DNA of 63,655 nt, the filler included, from Neoconidiobolus thromboides FSU 785 (taxonomy: Eukaryota > Fungi > Entomophthoromycota), in the NCBI GenBank assembly GCA_025603075.1. It is 7 parts of 7 records of this genome, joined end to end, with 100 filler letters (N's around TTAATTAATTAA, not from the genome) between each part and the next. Parts side by side here need not be neighbours in the genome. Positions count along the whole stretch, not along the records: positions 22,984 to 43,519 come from MU626551.1; positions 43,620 to 49,691 come from MU626736.1; 5 more parts are not named here. One strand, 5' to 3'. A model generated the notes under the pieces. It was given only the letters and a program-made list of their open reading frames with translations. It searched no databases and had not been told where the DNA came from. Each line of letters begins with the position of its first letter. Within the stretch, counting starts at the first letter, position 1. The translations under genes were made by a program, and so were the position numbers. This document shows, piece by piece, positions 36,631 through 49,174 of this stretch.

Positions 36631-37809
36631 CTAGTAATCATAATTATATTTATCAGAGTGACCATGTTTCTTTCCATGGTGATAATCATCTACATCATGA
36701 TATTTGTGGTCATCATAGTGTTTGTGCTCATGACCATAACCGCGTCTGTGATGTTTGTATCCTTTAACACCTTTACTACGACGGTAGACATGATGTTTCT
36801 TACCATAGTGGTCATCATCACCATAGCGTTTAGCACCGTAATGATGATCATCATCATCATCATAATGCTTCTTTTTACCATAATGATGGTCATCATCATC
36901 ATCATAATGNNNNNNNNNNNNNNNNNNNNNNNNNNNNNNNNNNNNNNNNNNNNNNNNNNNNNNNNNNNNNNNNNNNNNNNNNNNNNNNNNNNNNNNNNNN
37001 NNNNNNNNNNNNNNNNNNNNNNNNNNNNNNNNNNNNNNNNNNNNNNNNNNNNNNNNNNNNNNNNNNNNNNNNNNNNNNNNNNNNNNNNNNNNNNNNNNNN
37101 NNNNNNNNNNNNNNNNNNNNNNNNNNNNNNNNNNNNNNNNNNNNNNNNNNNNNNNNNNNNNNNNNNNNNNNNNNNNNNNNNNNNNNNNNNNNNNNNNNNN
37201 NNNNNNNNNNNNNNNNNNNNNNNNNNNNNNNNNNNNNNNNNNNNNNNNNNNNNNNNNNNNNNNNNNNNNNNNNNNNNNNNNNNNNNNNNNNNNNNNNNNN
37301 NNNNNNNNNNNNNNNNNNNNNNNNNNNNNNNNNNNNNNNNNNNNNNNNNNNNNNCCATAATAATGGTCATCATCATCATCATAATGTTTCTTTCCATAAT
37401 AATGATCATCATCGTCATCGTAATGTTTTTTACCATAATAATGATCGTCATCATCATCATCATCATAATGTTTTTTGCCATATTTTGATTTCTTATATTT
37501 ATCCTTTTTGTCATCCTTCTTATCATCCTTTTTATCGTCATCCTTTTTATCGTCTTTTTTGTCATCTTTCTTGTCATCTTTCTTGTCATCTTTCTTGTCA
37601 TCCTTCTTATCATCTTTTTTGTCCTCAGTTAAACTAACTTCAGGTGGTGCATTATCAACACTGGCAACATTTGGAGCACTATTTAATTTAAGTCCCTTTA
37701 ATGCCTCTTGGACACCACTTTGACCTAAGATATCAGCACCAGCAAGACCTTCAGCAGTAAGTTGATGAGCACAAAGTGCGAGAAGGGTAAGTAAGGAAAT
37801 ATTCTTCAT
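36631..37809 (-). CDS. Secreted low-complexity His/Asp/Tyr/Lys-rich repeat protein (interrupted by a sequence gap)
   Basis: Signal peptide MKNISLLTLLALCAHQLTA; (DDKK)n, then GKKHYDDDDDHYY repeats; His-rich tail. Frame across the 445-N gap is assumed. Confidence 0.8.
   Translation of the reverse strand: MKNISLLTLLALCAHQLTAEGLAGADILGQSGVQEALKGLKLNSAPNVASVDNAPPEVSLTEDKKDDKKDDKKDDKKDDKKDDKKDDKKDDDKKDDKKDDKKDKYKKSKYGKKHYDDDDDDDHYYGKKHYDDDDDHYYGKKHYDDDDDHYYXXXXXXXXXXXXXXXXXXXXXXXXXXXXXXXXXXXXXXXXXXXXXXXXXXXXXXXXXXXXXXXXXXXXXXXXXXXXXXXXXXXXXXXXXXXXXXXXXXXXXXXXXXXXXXXXXXXXXXXXXXXXXXXXXXXXXXXXXXXXXXXXXXXXXHYDDDDDHHYGKKKHYDDDDDHHYGAKRYGDDDHYGKKHHVYRRSKGVKGYKHHRRGYGHEHKHYDDHKYHDVDDYHHGKKHGHSDKYNYDY
36910..37354. 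other. Sized scaffold gap (445 N) inside the tandem-repeat coding region
   Basis: No TTAATTAATTAA linker; the same repeat lies on both sides. Confidence 0.9.
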
Positions 37810-39498
37810 ATTGTTAATATCTAATTAATAAATTAAATTTAATTGTAATATAACATCGATGGTAAAAATTAAGATATTTATATTTTTTTTTAAAGTATGG
37901 AGGAGTATCAAACTCCAGTATTTAGCATAAAGGAGATAAATGTTACTATATTCTCCTAAATACATAGAGTTAACCCCTTAAAGGTAAGGTTTTGTTGATA
38001 AAAATATAGAATTTGCTAAATTTGGTTAATTTGAAAAACGAAAAATTTGAACTATTAACCTTATTTAGCTATTTTAAGCTTAATAATTTTAACATAAACA
38101 ATTTTCTCCTTAATTTTTAAATTACCCCAGAAATAATAAAGTGGGTTTAATAATGTAATTTACCCAGTTACGAAATAGAAAATGATGAATTTATTAAAAA
38201 ATAATAGTTAACTTGATTCATAAGTTTCCTATTAACAGTATAATAGAAAATAAAGTATCTTAAACAGAACAAAAGTAACTTATTTTTAATTATACCCCCA
38301 CTATTAAGCTTAAAACTCAATAGTAAATTGTTTGAAATAATAATTACACCTAAAATATTTTTCTAAATACGCTAAGCTGAAACTGGGGGTTAAATGAGTA
38401 TATTTTTTAAATTTTCTCATTTTCATAACTTTTATGCATGTGAGCTGAATTAATTTTTTAACTCGATTTGCCCATTTTTATTGAATACTTCATATCGATG
38501 ATGTATTATTAAAGGTAGATTAAAAATAGCAAGCTTGCTTAAACTGTGTTAATAAATATTTTAACACTTATGTTATTTACAATCTCACTAATAAACAATT
38601 AGTCGAATTATTAATACTATGAGTTGTAGAGTTTTTTTAATAATATTAAAAAAATCAATATTTCGAAAAAGGGATAATTTTTAAAATGAAATAATTGCAT
38701 AAAAATAAAGCTTATCCAGGGGGATTTTGAGTATACGTAATAATAAAGGCAACCTTCTTGTATTTTGAAAAGTTGAACTATGATAGTTAAAACTTGGTAA
38801 AAAAACATTATTTATTCATAAACTATTTTTGAATATTTGTAGAATCAGTTTATCCAAAGTCTTTTCTACATTTCAAAAAAAATTAAAGCAGTTCCTAGAT
38901 ATTGTATTGTTACAGATAAAAAGTCTTGAAAAGTAATCGAACTAAATATGTTTATTTTTAAGAGTATAAAAGTTATGAGGAAGGAGGTAAGAAAAAGAGG
39001 GGTATGTAAAAGCGAGATAATGTATTAAGGTTTAGCTAAAAATTCTAGGATAGATTGACTTTAAATGCGGAAAGGATCTGTTTGTTTCTATTTTATTTAT
39101 TCGCTTTGGTTTTAGTTTTGATTTTGGGCCAAAATACCTGTGACTTTAGACATTTAAATATTCTAAAAAAATTAAGCATTGTTAATATTTTTATTATAGT
39201 AAACAGAACTTCATAAGATAAAGTGATAATTTAATTAATTTTTATAGACTGTAGTATTCAATCGGCCTATTTAAATAATTTTTCTTAAATAAAAAATAAA
39301 CAATGCCACTATTTATTACTATCTATTAATTTTAAATTAAATTAGAAATTGGATTCTGTATAAATAATATTGATAAGATAAAAATGGTCATGTTATTTTA
39401 GAAAATCAAGATTTAAGTCCTATTATGGCCATTAGTATAATAAAAATCATCAATGTTAGATTTATAAACTATTTTTTTAACTGTTAAGCTTTTGTATA

Positions 39499-39600
39499 TG
39501 AAGATGTATTTTTTACTTAGGAATTTTACTGATAGTCTTTCCATTCAAATGATGGGACTTGAAGATGGAAAAAGCAATGAAAGCCAAAAAAACACCTTAA
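39499..39600 (+). mobile_element. Degenerate MITE copy
   Basis: Consensus core recognisable; TA flanks. Confidence 0.6.
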
Positions 39601-39968
39601 TATGCTTTTTTATAAAACTGATTGCATTTAGACCCTTTTATTTTATTTTAACTTGGGGTTAAGTTTTTACACTGAATTTTTGAATTACATTAATATGTTA
39701 GTCAACATATATGTTATAAAAAGTAACAGCAAATTAAAATAAACCAAAGCATCTAATTGCAATTAGTTCTATCAAATGAAAACATGAGAAAATGGCAATT
39801 TTCCCTCATATTATTTCAATATTAGCAACTTCAAATATGGGCATCTTATTTATGCCCAAATAGAAATTACTTTTTGCAGAAAAAATTATTAGGACATGAA
39901 TGCTCAAATAGTCCAACTGTATAAAGTAACTCTTACTTCAATATAGTTATATTAAAAATATAAATATA

Positions 39969-40066
39969 TGAGAATGTTTTTTTTGGTTTCATTACTTTTT
40001 CCATTTTTTAAGTGCTATTTGAGCGGAAAGATTGTTAGTAAAATTCTTAAAAAAAGTACACTCCTA
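39969..40066 (-). mobile_element. MITE copy
   Basis: Reverse-orientation consensus (gctatttgagcggaaag core). Confidence 0.8.
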
Positions 40067-42137
40067 TGTATATAATTATTATAGTCTAGACTTAACTTGT
40101 TGATATTTTCTTTTTTGTTCATAGTTTTTTAAATTGTTTATTAAATTTTTACAATATTAGTTATTATTGAAACATCTTGTATTTTATTGCATAATTTATT
40201 TTAAAAAGATTTGTCAGTAATCATAGAAAAGAATTAAAAGTAAAACAAAATTTCTTGAATGACATTTGATAATTTAAGATAATTTTTCATCTCCTTTACT
40301 TTACTATCTACACCTTTTTCAAAAAGGGCGTATTTGAAAATATTCTAAACTTTTAAAATAACAAAATAACAAAATCGTTAAAACGTTATCCAACACTTTT
40401 AAAATACTTCTTTATATTGATCAATAACTATAAATCATTTTAAAAAAAACACGTTTTTGAGATAACACCAGCTCATAGAGAATAGATAAGTGATTTTCAG
40501 CCCTATTTTAATATTGACTAAAAACTAAAGTAGAAGGTCAACCCCACAATGGCTGTTAGGATAAACAAATGCGTAAAAAATTAAAATTTTACAAATATAG
40601 TAAATTAAACTATAAAAATAATCGATTGAAATTGGTCTAAGATTAATAAAATTTTAAAACTAATGATGATTATTACTGTTTATAGTTTAATATATTTAAT
40701 AGTTAGTTTGTTTTTATACAAGAAATAGAATTTAAAGTTTTGTCATTGAAGTTTTAGCCCAATCAAATAATATACATTAAAATAGTTTTTTATTTTTGAT
40801 AATAGACTTTAATTAAGACAATTCAACTTTAAAAATTTATATTATAAAGATGGTATTTTTTAACTTTTAATTGACATATCTTTTAACATACTGTGATTTA
40901 TTTAAAAAACATCAAGGCCTTTAGTCTTAGATAAGTTCGCTTTAAAATCATATCTTTACTTGTAGTTATTGTTAGGCACATTAAAAGCTTTTTACTTTTT
41001 CAAGGATATAGAAATAATACCCTTATTTTTAATAATTTGCAATACAATGATTTAGAGCAGAAATAGTTCCTTCTTGGAATATTAATCTAAATGTTACATA
41101 CCAGAATTTCCTATTTATTTCTATTTATTTAAACCACCCATGTGCTTCATCTACCATTGTTTTATGGGAATATTTTTAAAACCTTGAACCCAAAACTAGA
41201 TATTTGTTAATTCTATAGTAGTATTTATTCATTTTTTTACTAGCTTGAAAACTTTGACGTTGACATTTATCTAATATTTCAAGATTTTTATTTATTAAAT
41301 TTCTATGATATCAGTAATATATACATTAAAATATGCACCAATATATTTAACTCATTTATAGTTATGTTCATTCAACAATCTTATGAATATTCTAAAGAAT
41401 AAAAATGACGAACTTTTAATTAACGTAACTTTACAGGGACTTTTAAGATATAAATGGCTAATATATGAAATACAGTTTCCATAATTGTAATATTATGGGA
41501 ATATAGGCACGATAACTTGATTAATAAAAAATTCTCTTTCCAAGATCATTGTTCCATTCTTTTATTAATAAAATGTATTGTATTCAAGTTTTATATTTGA
41601 TTGTCAACATAAAGACTTTTTCTATAATAAACAATTACAATAGTTAAACTCTATGGATTTAAGAGATCTAATAATTTCTTTAAAAAATAAATTATTTTAT
41701 TTTTGGCGGAGTAAACAGTAATATAACATACACCGTTATTTGGTTAATCTTTTGTTTAAAAAAGTTGAACTGCATATTTAGACTTTTTGAAAGCTAAATA
41801 ATTTCCTCCTTAATTCCTTTACTTATGGCAAACCTTTAAAATGATTGGAAGTGCTCATTCTTTAGTACAGACTAATAAAGTTGTTCATTCAAATAGGATC
41901 AAATGATTTCATTGGTTGATTACTGGTATTTTGGGGTTTATCGAATTTAGGTATAAATATTAATTTAGTTCTCATCCACAAAAGTAATTCTTTTTTAATC
42001 AACTTAATAGTGTATTTTAATAACATTAGAAAATATCTATTAAACATTTTGTTTTAAAGTATCACGATAACTATCTTTTTTGTTGTTTAATAGTATAAAA
42101 CTAATATATATTTACCTAATTTTTCAAATAATTTAAA

Positions 42138-43519
42138 ATGAAACCTTTTGAATTAAAAGGTTTATTTTTCTTGTCCGATTGGTTTTATCTATGGGTATTT
42201 CCTTTAGTTGGTGCTCTTCTTCGCACTGATCTCAAACAAATTCAAATCCTTTTGGCCAAAACCGAAAGAGCGGGGATTAATGGTGATAGTTTGGAGGCAG
42301 CTTGGCAAGATGAACAAGCTAACAATGCTAAATCACCATCTATTTTAAGATCTCTTTATAAGGTTTATGGTAAAGCTTATATTTTAGTCGGTATTTGGAA
42401 ATTAGTTTGGGCTCTTTTCACATGGTTGGGTGCTTATTATTTCCTTCAAGTTTCACTTCAATACTTTGATAAAGTTAATTTCAACTGGAGTGAAACCGCT
42501 GGTTATCTGTTCACTCTTGCTCTTTTCCTTTCTTCATTATTTAGTTCCATTGCTATCCATCAACTTTATGGTCAATGTGCTCGTATTGGAATCCAAATCA
42601 AATCAGCTCTTACCGTTTTAGTTTACAGAAAATCACTTATGTTATTCAGAGTTAAAGGTGGTGCTGGTGAGGTTATTAATGTACTTTCCACTGATGTTTC
42701 ACGTATCACTGAAGCTGTAACTAATTTACATTTCCTTTGGTCTGCTTTAGTTGAAGCTATTTTGATCCTTGGTATTTCCTTTGGTTTAATAGGGGTTGCT
42801 GCTTTTCCAGCTCTCGGTATTGTTATAATTCTTCTTCCTTTACAATACTATCTCGGTAAGAAAACTTCCGATCTCCAAGTCCAAAATACTGCCATTACTA
42901 CTCATAGAGTTCATCTTATGTCAGAAATCTTGACTGCAATTAAATTGATCAAATTCTATGCCTGGGAACAACCATTCTCTGAGAGAATTAACGAAATCCG
43001 TAAAAAAGAAATCAATCTCATCAAGCGTACAATGCAAATCAAGGCTATTAACTTTGCTGTTGTGTTTGCGGTTCCTGTTATTGTTGCACTCTTATCATTA
43101 GTCACATTAACCTATACCAAGGAAAAACCATCTGCGTCAATTGCGTTTACTATCCTTTCTGTTTTCAACACTTTACGTTATCCTTTCCTTATGTTACCTA
43201 TGGCTGTAAAGAGTTACTCTGGCTCAATTTTATCAATTAAACGTTTAAATGAATTTTTCACTCAACTTGAAATTGAAGGTTATGATCTTAACCAAAAGTC
43301 AGACCATCCAGAACTTGCTATTAAAATGAACGAATCTTCTTTCTCATGGGAAGAAAATGATGATCACCCACCATTTTTACAAGATCTTAAACTAGATATA
43401 AAACATGGTGAGCTTATTGCCGTTATTGGTGATGTTGGTTCAGGTAAATCGAGTTTAATCGCAGCTATCCTTGGTCAAATGAGACAAGTAGGTGGTGAAC
43501 GTTTAAAAGTTTACGGAAG
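42138..43519 (+). CDS. ABCC (MRP-like) ABC transporter, 5' part (TMD1 plus start of NBD1); truncated by contig end
   Basis: TMD with GEVINVLSTD and IKLIKFYAWE; Walker A GDVGSGKSS. Confidence 0.92.
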
Positions 43520-43619
43520 NNNNNNNNNNNNNNNNNNNNNNNNNNNNNNNNNNNNNNNNNNNNTTAATTAATTAANNNNNNNNNNNNNNNNNNNNNNNNN
43601 NNNNNNNNNNNNNNNNNNN
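43520..43619. other. Artificial contig-joining spacer
   Basis: 100 bp N/TTAATTAATTAA/N. Confidence 0.97.
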
Positions 43620-43873
43620 CTGATGTAACCTCATCAACTGAATCTACTTCTACCACTGAATCTACTACCTACGAAACTGGTTCCACCTCAACCACTGATG
43701 TAACTTCATCAACTCAAACTTCAAATACCTATGATTACGGAACTAGCTCAACTGAATCTACCTCAACCACTGATGTAACTACCTCATATGGTTATGATTA
43801 TGGTTACAATCCTACCAGTGATCCCATCAAGATTGTTGACCCAACTCCAGAATACGGAGTCTACGGATATTAA
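43620..43873 (+). CDS. 3' end of a Ser/Thr-rich repeat (mucin-like) protein; absent from the ORF track
   Basis: Open frame DVTSSTESTSTTESTTYETGSTSTTDVTSSTQTSNTYDYGTSSTESTSTTDVTTSYGYDYGYNPTSDPIKIVDPTPEYGVYGY*. Confidence 0.75.
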
Positions 43874-44534
43874 GCAAATTATAGTACTATAATTTTCAAA
43901 TATTAAAACATTTTATCATTAATCTCTTTATCTCTCTTTAACATAAAATAAAACCACCTATTTCAAAAAAATTGACTAGCTCTATAGTTACAGATATTTA
44001 GTATTATTTTGATATATTATAACTTTTAAGTCAATTCTATTGATGGGAATCTATTAATAAGCTTTCAATTTTTGGCCTTTAGTTACTACTAATGATTAAT
44101 AGGAGAGGGTTCATTTACCAAGAGTTTTGTGATATCAAGCTTAAAAAATGAAAAATTTGAAGCAGTTAACTTTTACTACCATCATTATATGCGTTGCTTT
44201 GTAGTAATACTTTTATTTATGATAGAGGGTTCCTAGAAAACAGACAGTTATTAGGGGAACTAAAGACTTTGGAAAGAACTTTACAAATAATACTTTGTCT
44301 AAGGTAAAAATTTTACCAAAATAGACGAACCTTAGTACTAAAAATATACTAAAACAGTTATAGATAATGAAAAAAAGCTGGGAAATCAGATGATAGACTA
44401 TTTCAATATCACTTTGATCGTTAGAGTGAGGTAAAAAATGTATTTTTTAAAGTTTTAAAATAAACTTCTAACATCAGTCTACATTAACCAAACTAAAACT
44501 TACAGCTTTATATTCAAAGGTATCTATATCTATA

Positions 44535-44628
44535 TGGGAATGTTTTTTTTGGCTTCATCATTCTTTTCATCTTTTAAGCACTATTTGAACAGAAAATTAT
44601 TAGTAAAATTCTTAAATCCAAATATATC
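44535..44628 (-). mobile_element. MITE copy with eroded end
   Basis: TA-TGGGAATG start, reverse-orientation consensus. Confidence 0.7.
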
Positions 44629-46764
44629 GATATCATTATAGCTTATTTTTGGGGCCTTTGCTTTTGGCACACAAAGTTATCAGCTAATTACAGCTTTAGC
44701 TCCTCTATTTTGTCACCTTATTTTTTGTCTAAGTCAGCTTATATAAAGCAGCCTTCGAAGTAGCTTAGACTTATTAATATTTTCTGCTTTTCAATCTCTT
44801 GTTTTTATTTTCTAATACCTGCTTTTTGTTTTATTTCCATAAGTGGCATTTGAAGTTGATTGGCCCTTTCGAGATCCAAGAAAATGATTGATTTTATGTA
44901 TTTAAAATTTTTAACGTACATCCCCTATTTAGTTAAAATGATACTTATTTTTTACAATTATTTTCGCACTTTCTATAAAGTTGATTATTTACAATAAAGT
45001 ATTTTAATTAAAAATCATATTTTTCTAAAGTGATTAATACTGCTCAACATAAGAACCTTATCAGTGTAATTAATCTTATATGATGAAATAACAAAAATTT
45101 ACAAAGTTGAGTTCATAATTTTCATAATTTTATAGTTTTAAATAAGTTGATTTTTATATTTGATTTTTTCTCTCTTTTATAGCTCTTAACTGCCATTGAT
45201 TGATGCTCTAAATATGTAGACCATCTATTGAAAATATTGAAAGCTAGTCTAGTTTCCTATCTAGTCCTTTTCTCTACATATATATACTTTTTATAGTAGA
45301 AAACTTATTCGGTTAAAGGACAACATTGTATTGGCTTTAAATCTAATCAACTGAAATCAGAAAAAACCATAAGCTCAAGGGGCCTTTAGCATTTCCATAA
45401 TAGTAGTTACTAGGATTCATAGTTTTTTGATCTCTAAGTGCATATCTTTTTCCATAACTAAGACTCTCCTTGCTAGATATTAATTTAATATAATGAACAT
45501 TGTCTTAATCACATGTTTTTCGAAAATAAACTAAATAATTTATAACAATTTGATAAATTTTTTATTAGTTATAAATAATTAAAACCATAGACTCATTTAA
45601 TTTAATAAAACACATCCCCATATATTAAAATAGTACATTAAGTTAATTAAGTTGTTTGAGCTTTATTTTTTTAAAGTTTTTGAAAGGGAAGACAAAAGCC
45701 CTTCTGTGTTTTACTGAAATAAGAAAGTTAATAAAATAATATGAGGAAATCAATCCAATTACCCAAGAATACATATCCTTTTTTACTAAGAAAGTCGCAT
45801 CACTAGGTGTACAAAATCTTGTACATAACCTTCCATTCTATGAAGAGGGAAGACCCTTAGAGTTTAAAAGAGGGCCAAAACCAAATAAAACTTTCATGTG
45901 GGTTCTACAAATGCTCTACAAAGCTGAAGAGCAGATATTCGTGATTATTTAAGTTTTGTTTATTTTTCAAATTCTTTTATAAAATTTATATTGATAATAT
46001 TTTGAATATATATACTCAAGGTTTACTAATAAATAGTTATCAATAGATAGTTGAAATAATGTATTTTTATAGTATTCATTATTTGAAAACAACTTATATG
46101 GTTTTGAAAGTGAAAGTAATAATAAGAAATAAAAATTAGAGGATGTTTATTTTTCAATTTAAAATATAAAAAATTTATTTTAAGATTTTAATTTTATAAC
46201 AATATTATTAAGTTGAAGTATAGAGAATAATTGATATTGATAAAGGCTTATAGTAAAATTATTATGGTCAAGTTTTCAAAATTCCAAGTTAATTTTATTT
46301 TATTTGATGTTTTATAAAGGGAGAGCTTAAATAAATTGGTTTATTTTAAAGTTATAATTCATATAAGAAATTAAGTTCTACTTGTAAAGAAAGGAGAAGG
46401 GGGCTATCAGTAAAACAATCCTCTTATTAATTAAATATAAAAACCTCAATTTTGTTATCTATAGATAGTAGCAAACTAACTATTGAAATAACAAGTACAA
46501 TGAATAATTAAAGACATATGATACCAACATCTGATTTACCAAATTTAGATTTAATAATAGCTAAAGGTCATTTACTAGTAATATTTCCATCAATTAGCAG
46601 ACTAATTCAGGTCCATTGGAGCAAAGCATAACGATGATATATAACATGAATTGATCATTGGGCTGGAAAGGGTCCAGTGTAGCATTAATTGACACTATAT
46701 AAATAGGCTAACTAAACGATACAATAGCATTGGTTGTTTTTTTCAAACAAAAAATATTAAAACA

Positions 46765-47547
46765 ATGCTTACCAAATCAGTTATTGTACTCATTACTCTT
46801 TTCAGCTCTATTTATTCAGCTCCGCAAACTGAAGACGATCGTATCGTTGGTGGTGTTGAAGTCTCTCCAAAGTTCAAATACCCATGGTTAGTATCCTTAC
46901 AGGTTAACGGTCGTCATAACTGTGGTGGTATTATTTTAAACAAAAATACCGTATTAACCGCTGCTCATTGTTCTCAAGGTTCTGTATCTTCATATACCGT
47001 TAACGTACATCGTCACAATCTTCAACAAACTGCTAGTGCTGAAGGTGGCCAATCTATCCGTGTTTCTCGTATCATTAATCACCCAAGTTATAATCCAAAC
47101 CGTTTCACCAACGATGTTTCTATTTGGAAATTAGCTACCCCAGCTTCTGTAGATATTGGTAGCATTGATTTAGATGATGGGACTTATGGTGAACAAACAG
47201 GTCTTAAAGTATTAGCTGCTGGTTGGGGTGTTACTCGAGCTGGTGGCTCTACCTCTCCAGTGTTAAGAGAGGTTAGTATCCCACTTGTTGATAAAAATAC
47301 TTGTGCTAGCTATTGGACTAGCAATGGAGTTAACGTTGATGTTAGCTTACAAGTTTGTGCTGCTGCTGAAGGTGGTAAAGATGCTTGTAACGGTGATTCT
47401 GGAGGTCCTTTGTTCACTACTGGTGCTAATGGTCGTCCAGTTTTAATTGGTACTACTTCCTTTGGCCAACCTTGTGCTAATAGAGGAGTACCTACTGTGT
47501 GGGCTCGTACCTCTGCTTTCAGATCATTCATTTCACAAAACTCTTAA
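46765..47547 (+). CDS. Secreted trypsin-like serine protease (S1A), intronless
   Basis: Signal peptide, DDR|IVGG activation site, TAAHC, NDV, GDSGGP; Asp in the S1-pocket position (KDACNGDS); TATATAAA at about 46696. Confidence 0.96.
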   Translation: MLTKSVIVLITLFSSIYSAPQTEDDRIVGGVEVSPKFKYPWLVSLQVNGRHNCGGIILNKNTVLTAAHCSQGSVSSYTVNVHRHNLQQTASAEGGQSIRVSRIINHPSYNPNRFTNDVSIWKLATPASVDIGSIDLDDGTYGEQTGLKVLAAGWGVTRAGGSTSPVLREVSIPLVDKNTCASYWTSNGVNVDVSLQVCAAAEGGKDACNGDSGGPLFTTGANGRPVLIGTTSFGQPCANRGVPTVWARTSAFRSFISQNS

Positions 47548-48223
47548 ATTTTAATAAAAATTATTTCACATAGTTTGTTTTGTTCTTCTATAGTTGATTT
47601 TCATTACATGTATTATTGGCAGCATTTTAGAATATTCATGCTAAAACACTACTATAGAATCATAGTCAAAGAATATAGGATATTGTTTTAACAATATATC
47701 CTTCAATGCTACGATGAAAACAGAAATAGGGCAATAAAAGGTAGATTTTAACTTACAGAGCCTTGAATCAAACTTTCATACATCAAAACGAAATATCCTA
47801 AAGTCTCGGCATCCATTCTGCATCCCAGGGTCAATGCTCTTTGCCCTAAAAAAAAACGTTTAACTTTGGAAAAGCTTTGGAGTTCCTTAAAACGATCTAA
47901 TAATATTTCTGTTTTTTTCATATATTAATGTAACATCAAAATTTCATTGCTTAAAACTTATTATTTGTGAAAGCGCCCCCCATACATCATAGAATACCAT
48001 TTACAAAAAAATGAATATATTTAAAGACATCTTTGAATTATTTTGCTATACTACCATCGATATGTAGGTACCAGTTTATAGCTAGTGTAATATTAAATGA
48101 TAATAGTTATTAAGTAAAAATTCTATTTAGATTAATAATTAGAATAATTATAGAAAAATAGAATCAATGGTTTTAAAATTTATTTAAATAGAATAATAAG
48201 GGCAAACTATAGCTAGAGGTATC

Positions 48224-48655
48224 TTAAGAGATTTGAATCTTACGTTGAGTTGAAGAAGTATCGCGTGGGATAATAATTTCTAAGACACCATTATCATACT
48301 TGGCCTTAACATCATCAGCGCGGGTACCATGTGGTAGAGATAAAGTACGACTAAAGCTACCATAACTACGTTCACTATAAGTAGCATCTCCTTCTTTATG
48401 AGTTTCATCTCTCTTCTTAGTACCTGAGATAGTAATTTGACGTAAGTTATCTGAGAAATCAATATGTAAATCTTCTTTCTTAAAGCCAGGAAGCTCAGCA
48501 TTAACAGTTACTTTATCTTCTTTGCTATAAACATCGACTTTTGGTGAAAGGTCTTGGAAGTAGCTAGAGCCATGTAGTAATGGACTAAATAGTCCATGAT
48601 CACTACTAAATGGATGGAATAATGAGTTTTCTTGATTTGATCTTCTTAATGACAT
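48224..48655 (-). CDS. Small heat-shock protein (HSP20/alpha-crystallin domain)
   Basis: PKVDV...AELPGFKKEDL...ERSYGSFSRTLSLP...AKYDNGVLEI. Confidence 0.95.
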   Translation of the reverse strand: MSLRRSNQENSLFHPFSSDHGLFSPLLHGSSYFQDLSPKVDVYSKEDKVTVNAELPGFKKEDLHIDFSDNLRQITISGTKKRDETHKEGDATYSERSYGSFSRTLSLPHGTRADDVKAKYDNGVLEIIIPRDTSSTQRKIQIS

Positions 48656-48907
48656 TTTATTTAATAATTGACTAAATTTTTATGTTGTTTATCTTTGATT
48701 TTTCATCCATTATATACTTTTTCAAAACAATATTATTAGCTTATAACCATATTATACGTAACAACAATTTCATAATTTCTTTATATTTACGTCACACTTG
48801 AAAAAGTATCTAAAAAGTATATTATTATCCAATTATTCTGCATCTAGAGGTTTCTCTTCTAGTTTTATTGATTGATTTTAGAATTTGCAAAAAGTATTAT
48901 AAAATTA

Positions 48908-48932
48908 GGAAATTTCTAGCAATTTCGAAACT
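48908..48932. promoter_or_regulatory. Heat-shock element (inverted nGAAn array) midway between the divergent HSP20 genes
   Basis: gGAAatTTCtaGCAatTTCga; about 250 bp from each ATG. Confidence 0.65.
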
Positions 48933-49174
48933 TTTAGACAAGAATATCAACTTAGCTAGAAAAACCCTACTAAATTTGGAAGTATAAAGAACCAACAAAA
49001 TAAAACATCTTCATTGTAGCTTATACTATACATAATAAGTTTTGTTTAGAAGACACTCGAAAATATTAGATTCAGATGCTTGGTATTTCAATAAGCATTA
49101 AGGAAATGTATATAAATAAAATCAAATTGAATTTATTTTAGATAAAAATTTATAACAATAACTAACAATAAAAC

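Noticed and set aside
36658-37723. Alternative-frame and antisense ORFs (36658-37488, 36690-37613, 37475-37723)
   Set aside because: Shadows of the His/Asp repeat gene; stop-free only because of low complexity and Ns.
46891-46898. GTATCCTT as a U12-type 5' splice site
   Set aside because: Lies in the uninterrupted, conserved trypsin frame (W-L-V-S-L-Q).
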